DNA of 64,000 bases, taken from NCBI GenBank assembly GCA_963726545.1, contig CAVSCV010000008.1:61887-125886 (forward strand). The letters are read 5' to 3'. Numbering within the stretch: the first letter of the stretch is position 1; each line of letters begins with the position of its first letter. Of the stretch, positions 39,828 through 49,317 are shown in pieces. The DNA is from an uncultured Acidimicrobiaceae bacterium. Its GTDB lineage: Bacteria; Actinomycetota; Acidimicrobiia; Acidimicrobiales; RAAP-2. A program made the position numbers and the translations under genes. The notes beneath the pieces were generated by a model that made no database searches, was not told where the DNA came from, and was given only the letters and a program-made list of their open reading frames with translations.

Positions 39828-40959
39828 CGACCAGCTCGGCCACTCGGGCGGCGGCATCGGGGTGGCTCAGGCCTCGAGCCGCCTTGCTCATTGCCCGCAG
39901 CCGCGCCGGATCGGAGAGCAGCGCCTCGAGCTCGTCTGCCAGCCGGCGTCCGTCGCATTCGGGATCGGGCACGTGGACCGCCGCACCGGTCCGGACCAAC
40001 GCCTCCGCGTTCTTCGTCTGGTGGTCGCGCGGAGCTCCGGGCAGCGGGACGAGGATCGCGGGCACTCCGGCGATGAGCAACTCGGCCACGGTCATGGCCC
40101 CGGCCCTGGTGACGCACACGTCCGCGGCGGCGTAGAACTCGGGCATGTGGTCCTCGTAGGGCACGACCCGGTAGCAGAGCCGGTCGTTCTGCGCGGCCGG
40201 GTCGCATCGGCCATCCGCCCCGTTCGCGAAGGCGTCGAAGTCTCTTCGCCCGGTCACGTGGTAGAGCGAGCGGGCTCCTTCCAGTCGCTCGCGCCACGAG
40301 CGGGACACCTCGCCGACGGCAGCATTGATGCGCCGCGCACCGAGCGAACCACCAAAGGCGGCGACTGTCGGCCTGTCCGGCGGCAAGCCCAGAGCGGCCC
40401 GCGCCAACGCTTGGCCCTCGGGTGAGCGGTCGAGCGAGGCCAGCCCGCTCAGCACCGGAGTTCCGGTCACGTGCGCTCGAGGCAGGGCCGTATCGGGGAA
40501 AGCGACGGCATTGGCCGCGGCGAAGCGTCCGAGGAAACCATTCACGGCCCCGGGGACCGCATCGGTCGTCATGGAGACCAGCGGCACCCGGGTCAGCACG
40601 GCGGCGAGGCCAGCCGGGAAGCTGGCGTATCCACCGACGATCACGACGACGCGGGGGCGGCGGTGGGCGAAGGAGGCCAAGGCCCGCAGGCAGGCCCAGA
40701 ACAGGCCGGCGAAGGCCCCGAAGTTGGCCAGGATCGCTCGGGGCGCCAAGCTGCGACGGATCCCTCGACCGGGCAGGAGCGTGAACGGAAACTCCAGGGC
40801 CGGCCACGTCGTCGCCTCGTGCCCGCGACGCGAGCCGTAGAGCTCAATGCTTTGTGGCTCGTGCCCGCGGCGCACCAGGGCCCGCGCGATCTCGAGAGAC
40901 GGGACGACGTGGCCACCGGTGCCGCCACCCGCGATCACCGCTCCGCGCCCTGCGCTCAC
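39811..40959 (-). CDS. murG: Undecaprenyldiphospho-muramoylpentapeptide beta-N-acetylglucosaminyltransferase
   Basis: AGGGTGGHVVP G-loop and a C-terminal nucleotide-sugar binding segment (RAGAMTVAELLIAGVPAILVPLP). GTG start at 40959. Confidence 0.9.
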   Translation of the reverse strand: MSAGRGAVIAGGGTGGHVVPSLEIARALVRRGHEPQSIELYGSRRGHEATTWPALEFPFTLLPGRGIRRSLAPRAILANFGAFAGLFWACLRALASFAHRRPRVVVIVGGYASFPAGLAAVLTRVPLVSMTTDAVPGAVNGFLGRFAAANAVAFPDTALPRAHVTGTPVLSGLASLDRSPEGQALARAALGLPPDRPTVAAFGGSLGARRINAAVGEVSRSWRERLEGARSLYHVTGRRDFDAFANGADGRCDPAAQNDRLCYRVVPYEDHMPEFYAAADVCVTRAGAMTVAELLIAGVPAILVPLPGAPRDHQTKNAEALVRTGAAVHVPDPECDGRRLADELEALLSDPARLRAMSKAARGLSHPDAAARVAELVDANAR

Positions 40960-42331
40960 CGACCCCGGCCGGTGCGGGCCACCCGGCCGGCCAACCCGCC
41001 TCTGGTTGCGTGCGGCGTCGAAGCGGGGCGAGGCAACGCTCGGAGCGCGTGTCCCCCTCGGACTGCCGGGCGACGTTGATGAGGATGCCGGCCGCCGCCA
41101 TGGTGATGACGAGCGAGGACCCACCAAAGGAGATGAACGGGAGGGGGATCCCGGTGACCGGGAGGAGACCCACCACCGCCCCGATGTTGATCACGGTCTC
41201 CGCCGCCACCCAGGCCACGAGTCCGAGGGCCAGCAGGGCACCGAAATGATCCCGCGATTGGGTCGCGGTCCTGATGCCCAGCCAGACAAAGGAGGCCAGC
41301 AGGAAGAGGACGAAGAGTGCGCCCACGATGCCCAGCTGCTCTCCGATGACCGAGAAGATGAAGTCGGTGTGTGCGTTGGGCAGGTAGCCCCATTGGGCCT
41401 GCCCACCCCCGATGCCGGCGCCGAAGAGATGGCCCGATCCCAACCCGATGAGTGATTGGACCACCTGATATCCGGAACCCGATCCGTGCGAGGAGGGATC
41501 GATGAAAGAGAGGAGACGAGCCCGCCGGTAGGGCGAGGACAATCCCACGATGACGGCCAGGACCAGAAGGGCCCCCATGACCTTCATGACCGGACCCAGG
41601 CGCACCCCCGAGACGAAGAGGAGAGCGAGCGCGATGACGCCGAGGACCATGGCCGTCCCCATGTCGGGCTGGGCGAGGATCAGCACGCATGCCGCGCCGG
41701 TGACCAGGAGCACGGGCCCGATGATCCTGCGGTCGCTCGAGTCTTGGTCGAGGCGTCGCGTGATGAAGTCGGCGGCGAAGATGGTGAGGGCCAGCTTCAT
41801 CAGTTCGGACGGCTGGAGCCGCAGCTGCCCGAACCCGACCCACCGGCTGGAACCCTGGACATGGACACCGAGCCCCGGAACCAGCACCACGAAGAGGAGG
41901 CCGAAGGTCACAACGAGCAAGATCGGACTGATCCGCCGGAGCTTGTGATAGTCGAATCGAATGGCCAGCCAGAGGACGATGCCGCCAATGGCCATCCACA
42001 TGGCTTCGCGGATGAAGATGGCCCAGGGTGTTCCGTAGGTGGCGATGGAGATGACGGTGGACGCGGAGCCCACCATGACGAGCCCGATGACACACAGCAG
42101 CCCGACATCGACCAGGAGAAGGGCAGAGGTGGAGACCTGCCTGCCGGCGATGCGGATACCTACGTCCTTGGACGCTCGCGACGTGCTGGACGGTGCGCGT
42201 CGAGCCGGGCGGGCGGGACGCAGAACGGTTGCGGTAGCAGTCGCGGAGCCTGGCGGTGGCGTCACGATCGGCTCCTCGCCGACACACGGGCGCGCCCCGC
42301 TGCACGGTCCGACACCCGTTGCATCCCGCAA
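40844..42331 (-). CDS. ftsW: Lipid II flippase / peptidoglycan glycosyltransferase FtsW (SEDS family)
   Basis: 10-TM SEDS pattern (QPSELMKLAL, PDMGTAMV, HTDFIFSVIGEQLG, TGIPLPFISFGGSSL). Both ends are uncertain: TTG start, and an Arg/Trp-rich tail that overlaps murG by 116 nt. Confidence 0.88.
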   Translation of the reverse strand: MRDATGVGPCSGARPCVGEEPIVTPPPGSATATATVLRPARPARRAPSSTSRASKDVGIRIAGRQVSTSALLLVDVGLLCVIGLVMVGSASTVISIATYGTPWAIFIREAMWMAIGGIVLWLAIRFDYHKLRRISPILLVVTFGLLFVVLVPGLGVHVQGSSRWVGFGQLRLQPSELMKLALTIFAADFITRRLDQDSSDRRIIGPVLLVTGAACVLILAQPDMGTAMVLGVIALALLFVSGVRLGPVMKVMGALLVLAVIVGLSSPYRRARLLSFIDPSSHGSGSGYQVVQSLIGLGSGHLFGAGIGGGQAQWGYLPNAHTDFIFSVIGEQLGIVGALFVLFLLASFVWLGIRTATQSRDHFGALLALGLVAWVAAETVINIGAVVGLLPVTGIPLPFISFGGSSLVITMAAAGILINVARQSEGDTRSERCLAPLRRRTQPEAGWPAGWPAPAGVGERRARSGDRGWRHRWPRRPVSRDRAGPGAPRARATKH

Positions 42332-42365
42332 GTCTCTCGCACCGCGTCAGTGAGGTGGTGGAGGG

Positions 42366-43406
42366 TCACGTGAATTTCGCCACCGTGAGGAAGTCGCCGT
42401 AGAAGATGCCGAGCCCGAGCGCACAGAAGAGCCCGCCGAGGATCCAGAAGCGGACGATCACCGTCGTCTCGGGCCAGCCCGCAAGCTCGAAGTGATGGTG
42501 GATCGGAGCCATGCGGAAGATCCGGCGGTGGAACACCCGGAAGCTGATGACCTGCAGGATCACCGAGAGCGTTTCCATGACGAAAAGGCCGCCGATGATC
42601 AGCAGCAGGAGATCGAGGTTCAACAGCAGGCAGAGGCCAGCCAGCCCGGCGCCGATGCCCAGGGATCCCGTGTCACCCATGATGATCTTGGCTGGGGCCG
42701 CGTTCCACCACAGGAAGCCGATGCAGGCTCCCGCGAGCGCCACCGCGAGCAGCGAGAGGTCGATCGCCGACGCCGGAAGCACGTGGTAGATGTACTCGTG
42801 ACGGAAGATCCAGTACCCCATGATGGACAGGACGGCGAAGCAGAACGTCCCCGATCCGGCGGCCAATCCGTCCACACCATCGGTGATGTTCACCGCATTC
42901 GACGTGCCCACCATGACGAGCACGGCAAAGATCACCCAGCCCACTGAGCCGAGATTGATCCCGATCGGCTGCGCCCGGGTGAACGAGAGCGCGGTCGACG
43001 TGTGCGCCCAGTGCACCGCGAGTTCGGCGAAGACAAGCGCGCACACCAGCTGTGCTCCCGACTTGGCACGCTTGTTGAGCCCGAGACTGCGCCGCCGGTG
43101 CACCTTGATGTAGTCGTCGAAGTAGCCGATCAATCCGAACGCCACCACCGCCCCCACCGTCAGGTAGCCGACCCTCGAGAACCGCACCTGGGTGCCGATG
43201 TGGCCGACGGCGTACCCGAGGACCGTGCCGGCCACGATTGCGATGCCGCCCATGGTTGGCGTACCGGCCTTGACGATGTGCGAGGCAGGTCCGTCCTCGC
43301 GGATGTGCTGGCCAATCTCGCGGCTCCGGAAGTAACGGATCAGGACCGGGGTGAGAAGGATGGAGACCCACAAGGCGACGCCTCCCGAAACGAGCAGACC
43401 GAGCAC
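42366..43406 (-). CDS. mraY: Phospho-N-acetylmuramoyl-pentapeptide transferase
   Basis: KAGTPTMGG, NAVNITDGVDGLA, GDTGSLGIGA and HHHFE motifs. Confidence 0.95.
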   Translation of the reverse strand: MLGLLVSGGVALWVSILLTPVLIRYFRSREIGQHIREDGPASHIVKAGTPTMGGIAIVAGTVLGYAVGHIGTQVRFSRVGYLTVGAVVAFGLIGYFDDYIKVHRRRSLGLNKRAKSGAQLVCALVFAELAVHWAHTSTALSFTRAQPIGINLGSVGWVIFAVLVMVGTSNAVNITDGVDGLAAGSGTFCFAVLSIMGYWIFRHEYIYHVLPASAIDLSLLAVALAGACIGFLWWNAAPAKIIMGDTGSLGIGAGLAGLCLLLNLDLLLLIIGGLFVMETLSVILQVISFRVFHRRIFRMAPIHHHFELAGWPETTVIVRFWILGGLFCALGLGIFYGDFLTVAKFT

Positions 43407-43410
43407 GGCC

Positions 43411-44956
43411 TTACCCCTCGGACTGCGAGCTGTCGGCTTTCGCTGCCGTTACGGCGGACGCACCCCAACTCGAGGCGTCCGTCCCGTAGCGCGCCGACAA
43501 CACTGCCCTGGCTTCGACAGCGTCCTCGAAGGGCAACCGTTCCCCTGCGATCTCCTGGTAGGTCTCGTGTCCCTTCCCGGCAATGACGACGACGTCACCC
43601 GGGCGCGCCAGCTCGAGAGCACGCCGGACAGCGAGGTGCCGGTCGGGCTCGACGACGACGTTTTTGTTGTCTATTCCGTTCGGGATTCCATGCAACACGT
43701 CCTCGATGATGGCACCGGGACTCTCGTAGCGAGGATTGTCCGAGGTCAGGACGGCAATGTCGCAGAGGCGCACCGCCACTTCACCCATCATCGGCCTCTT
43801 GGCCCGGTCACGATCGCCCCCACAGCCGAAGACACAGAGCACCCGTCCGCCAGGGGCGAGCGAGCGAGCCTCACCGAGGACCACCTCGAGCCCGGCTGGT
43901 GTGTGCGCGTAGTCCACGAAGACCGTGAAAGGCGGACGGTCCACTTCGTCGCGCGAGCCGGGAGTCGAGATGACCTGAAGGCGCCCAGGCACCGGGAGGA
44001 CCGAACTCAGTGCGTCGGCGATCGCGTCCGGGTCGATCTCGAGCGCAACCGCGGCCTCGGCCGCCAGCAGTGTGTTGTCGACGTTGACCGCGCCAGTAAG
44101 GGCCGTGCGGACCCGACGTCCGCGCCACGTGAACTCTGTCCGTCCCGGAGCGAGGACGATGTCGGTGGCCGCGGCCCGGTGCACAGCGACCGCGGGAATC
44201 CGCGCCCGCTCGAGCAGCTTTCTCCCCCAATGGTCATCCGCATTGATGACCGCGCGCGAACGCGTGGTTGGCCGAGAACAGCTTGGCCTTCGCCTCGAAG
44301 TACTCGTCCATGGTGTGGTGATAGTCGAGGTGGTCGTGGCTGAGGTTGGTGAACACGGCCACGTCGAAATGGATCCCTTCCACGCGCGACTGCATCAGCG
44401 CGTGACTCGACACCTCCATCGCGACGGCGTGACGCTGCCCGTCCGCTCGCTGGCGCTCGCGCACGTCGGCCAGGGTGCGCTGCAGCTCCGTGGCCTCGGG
44501 CGTCGTGCGGGCCCCCGAGAGCGTCCCCATGACGTCGGTCGGGAATCCGGTGGTCACCAACAGGTCCCCGAGGATCTGCGTGACCGTCGTCTTTCCGTTG
44601 GTGCCGGTCACACCGATCATCAAGAGCTCGCGGGACGGAAACTCGTAGAAGGCTGCGGCCAGTCGCGCCATGGCCGAGCGCATGGTGCCCGGCGCCACTC
44701 GGCTCTGCACGACCGCTCGATTCTGGAGCTCCGGAATGAAGTGCTCACACAGGAGGCCCACCGCGCCGCGCTCCACGGCGTCAACGGCGAAGGCGTGCCC
44801 GTCATCCTCGAGCCCCGGGACACAGCAGAACAGATCGCCCGGCCGCACCCGCCGACTGTCCTGCGCGATGCCACCGACGAGCACGGTCGCCGGGTCCCCC
44901 ATCGACTCAATGACTTCGATGTCGTCGAAGAGGAGGTTCATGGGTACGGTAGGCAT
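43411..44956 (-). pseudogene. murE: UDP-N-acetylmuramoyl-L-alanyl-D-glutamate--2,6-diaminopimelate ligase, interrupted by a +1 frame break at about 44250-44262
   Basis: N-terminal piece is ORF 44234..45076 (GVTGTNGKTTV, MEVSSHAL, FTNLSHDHLDYH). C-terminal piece is ORF 43411..44184 plus its open upstream extension (AVINADDHWG...VDYAHTPAGLE, GCGGDRDRAKRP, DNPR, GKGHE). The break is in a CGCGCGCG run. Confidence 0.9.
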
Positions 44957-45029
44957 GGTCGAACCGACAGCGTTGCATGCGTCGGGCCCCGCCGCGTCAT
45001 CATCGCAAGGGGTGTGTGAGCAGCACTCC

Positions 45030-47144
45030 TCACGTGATGTCCTGCGCCTGGGCGCTCGCGGTCTCCGTGCTGGCACTCGGGGTCACCGTCGTCTGGGCGC
45101 CCGGAGTCGTGGGGATGTCGTAGCGGTGGAGCGCATAGCTCATGATCTGGGAAAAGACGGGCGCAGCCACCGTGCCGCCGAAGATCGGGGTCGGTCGGTC
45201 CAGAACGACGATCATCGAAAGCGTCGGGTTGGCCGCAGGGGCGAAGCCGACGAAGGAGGCCATGTAGGCCCCGGTCACGTAGGAGTCCTTGCCGGTAGTC
45301 GGGATCTGAGCCGTGCCCGTCTTGCCGGCCACGGTGTAGCCGGGCACCGCCGCGCTACTCCCCGTGCCTTCGTTGACCACCTGCTGGAGCATGGAGGTGA
45401 GCTCGGAGTCGACCGACGGCGAGAACACCTCGTGCGTGGGCGACGGCGCGGTCTGCGTGATCGCTCCCGAGGGACTCACTGTGGCCTGCACCAGTTTCGG
45501 GGCAACGAAGGTGCCACCGTTGGCGACGGCGTTGTAAGCGTCGAGGACCTGGAGAGCGCTGACCGCGTCCACCTGTCCGATCGGAAGGGAGACGTAATCG
45601 GTGGGCTCCCAGTTGGCCGCGGTGGCCAGGAGGCCTGGCGACTCCCCGGGGAAGTCCAGGCCGGTGGGCTGGCCGAAACCGAGAGCCTTGACCTGCTCGA
45701 GCAGGCGAGTCTCGTTGACTCCCTGCGCGATCTCAGAAGTGCCGATGTTGGAGGACTGGGCCAGGATCTGCGTCGCGGTCAGCTGCTCCGTCGGGTGCGC
45801 CTCGGCGTCGTGGAAGGTCGAACCGTCGAGCTTGATCTGATAGGGCACGGTGAACACCGAGTTGGGGTTGATCAGCCCTTCCTGCAGCGCGGCGGAGAAT
45901 GTGACCAGCTTGAAGACCGACCCCGGCTCGTAGAGCTGGGTCACCGCGAGATTGCTCGGCGCCTCGTTCACTGCATCGCCGGGTCCGATCGGCACGACGC
46001 CTCCAGACGGCGCGGCCGGGGTCGTCGGCGTCGCCCCGAGGGCATTCGGGTGGGTGGCCGCGAGGTTGGCCATGGAGAGGATCTGCCCGGTCTTCACATC
46101 CATCATGACGGCGGTGCCACTCACGGCATCAGAGGAGATGATGGCCTTGGCCAGGGCCTGCTCGGACTCGTACTGCAGCTGCGTGTCCAAAGTCGTTTCG
46201 ATACCCGTCCCAGGCTTCGTCGCCACCTCATTCGTGACCGGCGACTGGGGCAGAGGCACCCCCGAAGGAGACACCGCGATGGTCTGCTTCCCGTCCGAAC
46301 CCGCCAATAGCGGGCCGTCGCCGTACTCGAGTCCCGCGGCACCCCGGCCTGCCGCGTTGGTGAAGCCGACGACGGGTGAGGCCAAGTTCCCGTTGGGCAC
46401 GACCCGCTTCGCGTCGTCGATCAACGTGATGCCGGGAATGGCATCGGTTGCGATCGTCTGCCCGTCGGACTTCGAGATCTGCTTGGCCAGCACCACGTAG
46501 CCGGAATGACGGCGAAGCTCGGGGGTCAGTGTGGCAGCCGGTACGTGCAGGATCGGAGAGAGGGCCAGTGCCGTCTGCACCGGGTGCTCCACCTGAAAAT
46601 CGTCGGCAACCACGTCGTCGGTAGCCACCGACATGGCCAGGGGGGCGCCATCCCGTGCGAAAATCCCGCCACGAAGGGACGGGAGCGGAACAGTGACGGA
46701 AGACTCACCCTGCGCCGCAGCCGCGTAGCTCCCTGAGTGCAACACCTGGATCTGAACCAGACGGGCCATCATGAGCACCAAGGCCAAGACCAGGACCAGG
46801 CGAACCAGCCTGACGCGCCGCACGAAGGTCCCGGTCGCCCACGACCTTCCGTGTTGACGGGCCGATTTCTTGGCCGGGGCGCGATGCGCTCTCGCCTGGG
46901 TGGGCCGCTTCGTGGTTGGCCGCTGGCCCGGGCGACCGGTCGAGGTGGAGCGTGGGCGCTGGTTGGGCTGTGACGGACGGGCCGGGCGAGCGGCCGGACG
47001 GGGCTGAGCCGCCGTCGCGCGATTTCGTTGACCGGTTGGCCTGGGGGGCGACGTACGGGTCGCCGCGGCGGCACCACGGGCGGCCGTCCGAGAAGCTGTG
47101 TCGGCGCGCGCGCGCCGAACGTCAGGTCGGTTTGTGACGCTCAC
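45030..47144 (-). CDS. ftsI: Penicillin-binding protein, class B transpeptidase (FtsI-like)
   Basis: Arg/Pro-rich cytoplasmic N-terminus, a single TM, then SVFK (SxxK), SSN and KTGTA motifs. Confidence 0.9.
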   Translation of the reverse strand: MSVTNRPDVRRARADTASRTAARGAAAATRTSPPRPTGQRNRATAAQPRPAARPARPSQPNQRPRSTSTGRPGQRPTTKRPTQARAHRAPAKKSARQHGRSWATGTFVRRVRLVRLVLVLALVLMMARLVQIQVLHSGSYAAAAQGESSVTVPLPSLRGGIFARDGAPLAMSVATDDVVADDFQVEHPVQTALALSPILHVPAATLTPELRRHSGYVVLAKQISKSDGQTIATDAIPGITLIDDAKRVVPNGNLASPVVGFTNAAGRGAAGLEYGDGPLLAGSDGKQTIAVSPSGVPLPQSPVTNEVATKPGTGIETTLDTQLQYESEQALAKAIISSDAVSGTAVMMDVKTGQILSMANLAATHPNALGATPTTPAAPSGGVVPIGPGDAVNEAPSNLAVTQLYEPGSVFKLVTFSAALQEGLINPNSVFTVPYQIKLDGSTFHDAEAHPTEQLTATQILAQSSNIGTSEIAQGVNETRLLEQVKALGFGQPTGLDFPGESPGLLATAANWEPTDYVSLPIGQVDAVSALQVLDAYNAVANGGTFVAPKLVQATVSPSGAITQTAPSPTHEVFSPSVDSELTSMLQQVVNEGTGSSAAVPGYTVAGKTGTAQIPTTGKDSYVTGAYMASFVGFAPAANPTLSMIVVLDRPTPIFGGTVAAPVFSQIMSYALHRYDIPTTPGAQTTVTPSASTETASAQAQDIT

Positions 47145-47656
47145 GGTGTGGTGGATCCGCTCGCGGAAGCCGTCGAGGCGCTGGTGGTGGAGGTGGTCGT
47201 GGCCGCAGGCGTCGTCGTGGTGGTCGTCGGCGCGGGGGCCGCGGTCACGTTGGGCGTCGCAATGGGCGTGTTCAGCGGGACGTACGGCAACTCAATGACC
47301 TGTGGCGGACGCACCATGCCTGCCTTCGTGGCGTCGCCCACGATGCGCTGGGGCGTCTCGAGGTTCGCTACCTGGAGTTCTGCCTGTCGATGCGTGCTCT
47401 GCTCCAGCGACAACTCGTGCTGGAGCGCCGACATCTGCACCTGGTCGTTGGCCAAGACAGCCTGGCCGATCACGACGGCCAGGAGGGAACCCACCACGAG
47501 CACCAGCGCGATGATTTCGATCAGGCGCCCGCGCTGGGTGGGCTTCCCGCTGCGCGACCGGACGATGCGCAGTGAAGGGCGGCGCGGTCGGCTCGCATGA
47601 GACGCGCCTTGACGGCGTGACGGCGCGGTCGCCGTGGACGCGGAGGGGGGCGCCAT
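47141..47656 (-). CDS. ftsL: FtsL-like cell division protein with a Thr-rich C-terminal tail
   Basis: Position between rsmH and ftsI. Basic N-terminus, a single TM, a short coiled-coil (QVQMSALQHELSLEQSTHRQAELQVANL), then a TTTTTTPAATTTSTTSAS tail. ATGA-type overlaps on both sides. Confidence 0.6.
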   Translation of the reverse strand: MAPPSASTATAPSRRQGASHASRPRRPSLRIVRSRSGKPTQRGRLIEIIALVLVVGSLLAVVIGQAVLANDQVQMSALQHELSLEQSTHRQAELQVANLETPQRIVGDATKAGMVRPPQVIELPYVPLNTPIATPNVTAAPAPTTTTTTPAATTTSTTSASTASASGSTTP

Positions 47657-48594
47657 CAGTCAGCCTCGGTCCGCACCATGGCACGGAGGCGAGCGCTTTC
47701 CGAACGCGGGTTCGCGGCGACCTCGGCCGCGGAAGCCTTGCGTGCGCCGCGGAAGACGAGGCGGTGGCGGGCCACAGCGCCGCACACGCACGGGAGTCCC
47801 GGCGGGCAGACGCAGCCGCCGGTCTCGAACTGAGCGAAGGTCTGCTTGGTCAGTCGGTCCTCGCCCGAGTGGTAGCTGATCACGGCACACACCCCGCCGA
47901 CGGCCAGTGCGGAGAGAGCAATCGGCAGAACTGCGGCGAGCTCACCCAGTTCATCGTTCACCTCAATGCGGAGTGCCTGGAACACCCGGCGAGCCGGATG
48001 GCCCTTACGCCGCACCGCCGCGGGAACGGCGGCCGCCACGACTTCAGCGAGCTCCTGGGTGGAGGTGATGGGTCGCGCCGCGACCACGGCCCGGGCAATG
48101 CGGCCCGACAGGCGACCTTCGCCGTTCTCACGGAAGAGAGCAGCGAGCTCGGCCTCTGAGCGGTGGTTCACCAGCTCGGCGGCCGACGAGCCCGACGACT
48201 GATCCATCCTCATGTCGATAGGGCCGTCACTGCGGAACGAGAAACCCCGATCCGCCTGGTCCAGCTGGGGCGAGCTCACGCCGAGGTCGAGCAGCACGCC
48301 CGACAGCGGCGTCGCGCCGGCGTGGGTTTCGAGGATCGAGGACAAAGCCGAGAACGGGGACCGGACCAGGGTGATCCGGTCCCCGAACAGAACAAGTCGC
48401 GACCGGGCGGCTTCCAGAGCCACCGGGTCGCGGTCGAGGCCGATGACCCGCAACGTCGGATACGCCTCGAGCAGGGCCTCCGTGTGCCCCCCGCCCCCGA
48501 CAGTGGCATCGACGACGGTTCCGGGTGGCACAGAGGCGAAGAGCGAGACCACTTCGTCACGCAGTACGGGAATGTGTGAGAACGAGTGGGCCAT
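47656..48594 (-). CDS. rsmH: 16S rRNA (cytosine1402-N4)-methyltransferase
   Basis: HIPVLRDEV, DATVGGGGHT, LLDLGVSSPQLD and ISYHSGEDR. ATG at 48594. The remainder of the 521-aa ORF upstream is a shadow across mraZ. Confidence 0.93.
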   Translation of the reverse strand: MAHSFSHIPVLRDEVVSLFASVPPGTVVDATVGGGGHTEALLEAYPTLRVIGLDRDPVALEAARSRLVLFGDRITLVRSPFSALSSILETHAGATPLSGVLLDLGVSSPQLDQADRGFSFRSDGPIDMRMDQSSGSSAAELVNHRSEAELAALFRENGEGRLSGRIARAVVAARPITSTQELAEVVAAAVPAAVRRKGHPARRVFQALRIEVNDELGELAAVLPIALSALAVGGVCAVISYHSGEDRLTKQTFAQFETGGCVCPPGLPCVCGAVARHRLVFRGARKASAAEVAANPRSESARLRAMVRTEAD

Positions 48595-48785
48595 CTGCAG
48601 CCCCTCGGCCGGTGGGTCGAGAGGGAGGTGGAGATCCGAACGACCGGACTGGAAGTGGGTGGAGTGAACCTCCAGAAAACCGGTCGAGGAGCTGCACATG
48701 GTCCTGCGCGTCTCGCGAGTCCTCGCGTGGTCAGTCATCGTCCTTGCTGAGTAAGTCCTCCTGTCTGTCTCTGTCTTGGCGTTCC

Positions 48786-49205
48786 CTATTCCTGCGTGTC
48801 CCCGAGCAACCAGCCCTCCTCGGGTTGCACCTTCTCGTCCCAGGCGGCCGGATTCCACAGCTCGACCCGGTCGATCACACCGAGGACAAGCACCTCGGCC
48901 TCCAGCCCGGCGAACGTCCGCAGATGTCCCGGGATGGGCATGCGGCCCTGACGATCGATCTCGACCTCCGCGGAACTCGAGGCCCAGACTCGGGCCCGGT
49001 TCCGCTCCGCACGTCCCTGCGCGGACTGTTCCTGCATCGACTCCATCTGCCGTTCGAATTCTCCGAGCGTCCAGAGGGCGATGCAGCCCTCCGAATGCTC
49101 CGTCAAGAAGCCGCCGTGCTCGAAGTGGGTACGGAATTTGGCCGGCAGGATCACCCTGCCCTTCGTGTCGAGCGAATGCTCGTATCTCCCTACGAACCCT
49201 GCCAC
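48786..49205 (-). CDS. mraZ: Transcriptional regulator MraZ
   Basis: Two DxxxR-type SpoVT/AbrB repeats (LDTKGRVILPAKFR and IDRQGRMPIPGHLR). First gene of the dcw cluster. Confidence 0.93.
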   Translation of the reverse strand: MAGFVGRYEHSLDTKGRVILPAKFRTHFEHGGFLTEHSEGCIALWTLGEFERQMESMQEQSAQGRAERNRARVWASSSAEVEIDRQGRMPIPGHLRTFAGLEAEVLVLGVIDRVELWNPAAWDEKVQPEEGWLLGDTQE

Positions 49206-49276
49206 CAGCCGTATCTCCCACGACGCTCCCTGATTTGCGTCCTTTGGCGTCCCGGCGAAGTTCTCCGGTACCCCTT

Positions 49277-49317
49277 CACACCATTTCGCGCCACTTTACG
49301 CCCCTTTCCTCCACTAG
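49277..49317 (-). promoter_or_regulatory. Candidate MraZ operator: GTGG-type boxes phased at about 10 and 20 bp upstream of mraZ
   Basis: Minus strand reads AGTGGAGGAAAGGGGCGTAAAGTGGCGCGAAATGGTGTG. CCAC occurs at 49291-49294 and 49311-49314 (exactly 20 bp apart), with ACCA at 49280-49283. Local GC dip. Confidence 0.3.

Noticed and set aside
37392-39857. 821-aa ORF that looks like a MurC-MurB fusion protein
   Set aside because: Residues ~365-480 are Arg/Pro-rich out-of-frame read-through. The genuine MurC C-terminus is in ORF 38405..38833. MurB has its own GTG start coupled to the murC stop.
44670-46310. 546-aa plus-strand ORF, along with similar ORFs at 23081..24493, 21244..22656, 38634..40076 and 26733..28256
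   Set aside because: All lie antisense to strongly supported genes (ftsI/murE, dnaE, murC/murG, phosphatase) and have Arg/Gly/His-rich shadow composition.
48595-49221. Upstream extension of the rsmH ORF (521-aa ORF 47656..49221)
   Set aside because: It runs across mraZ in another frame. RsmH homology starts at MAHSFSHIPVL (ATG 48594).
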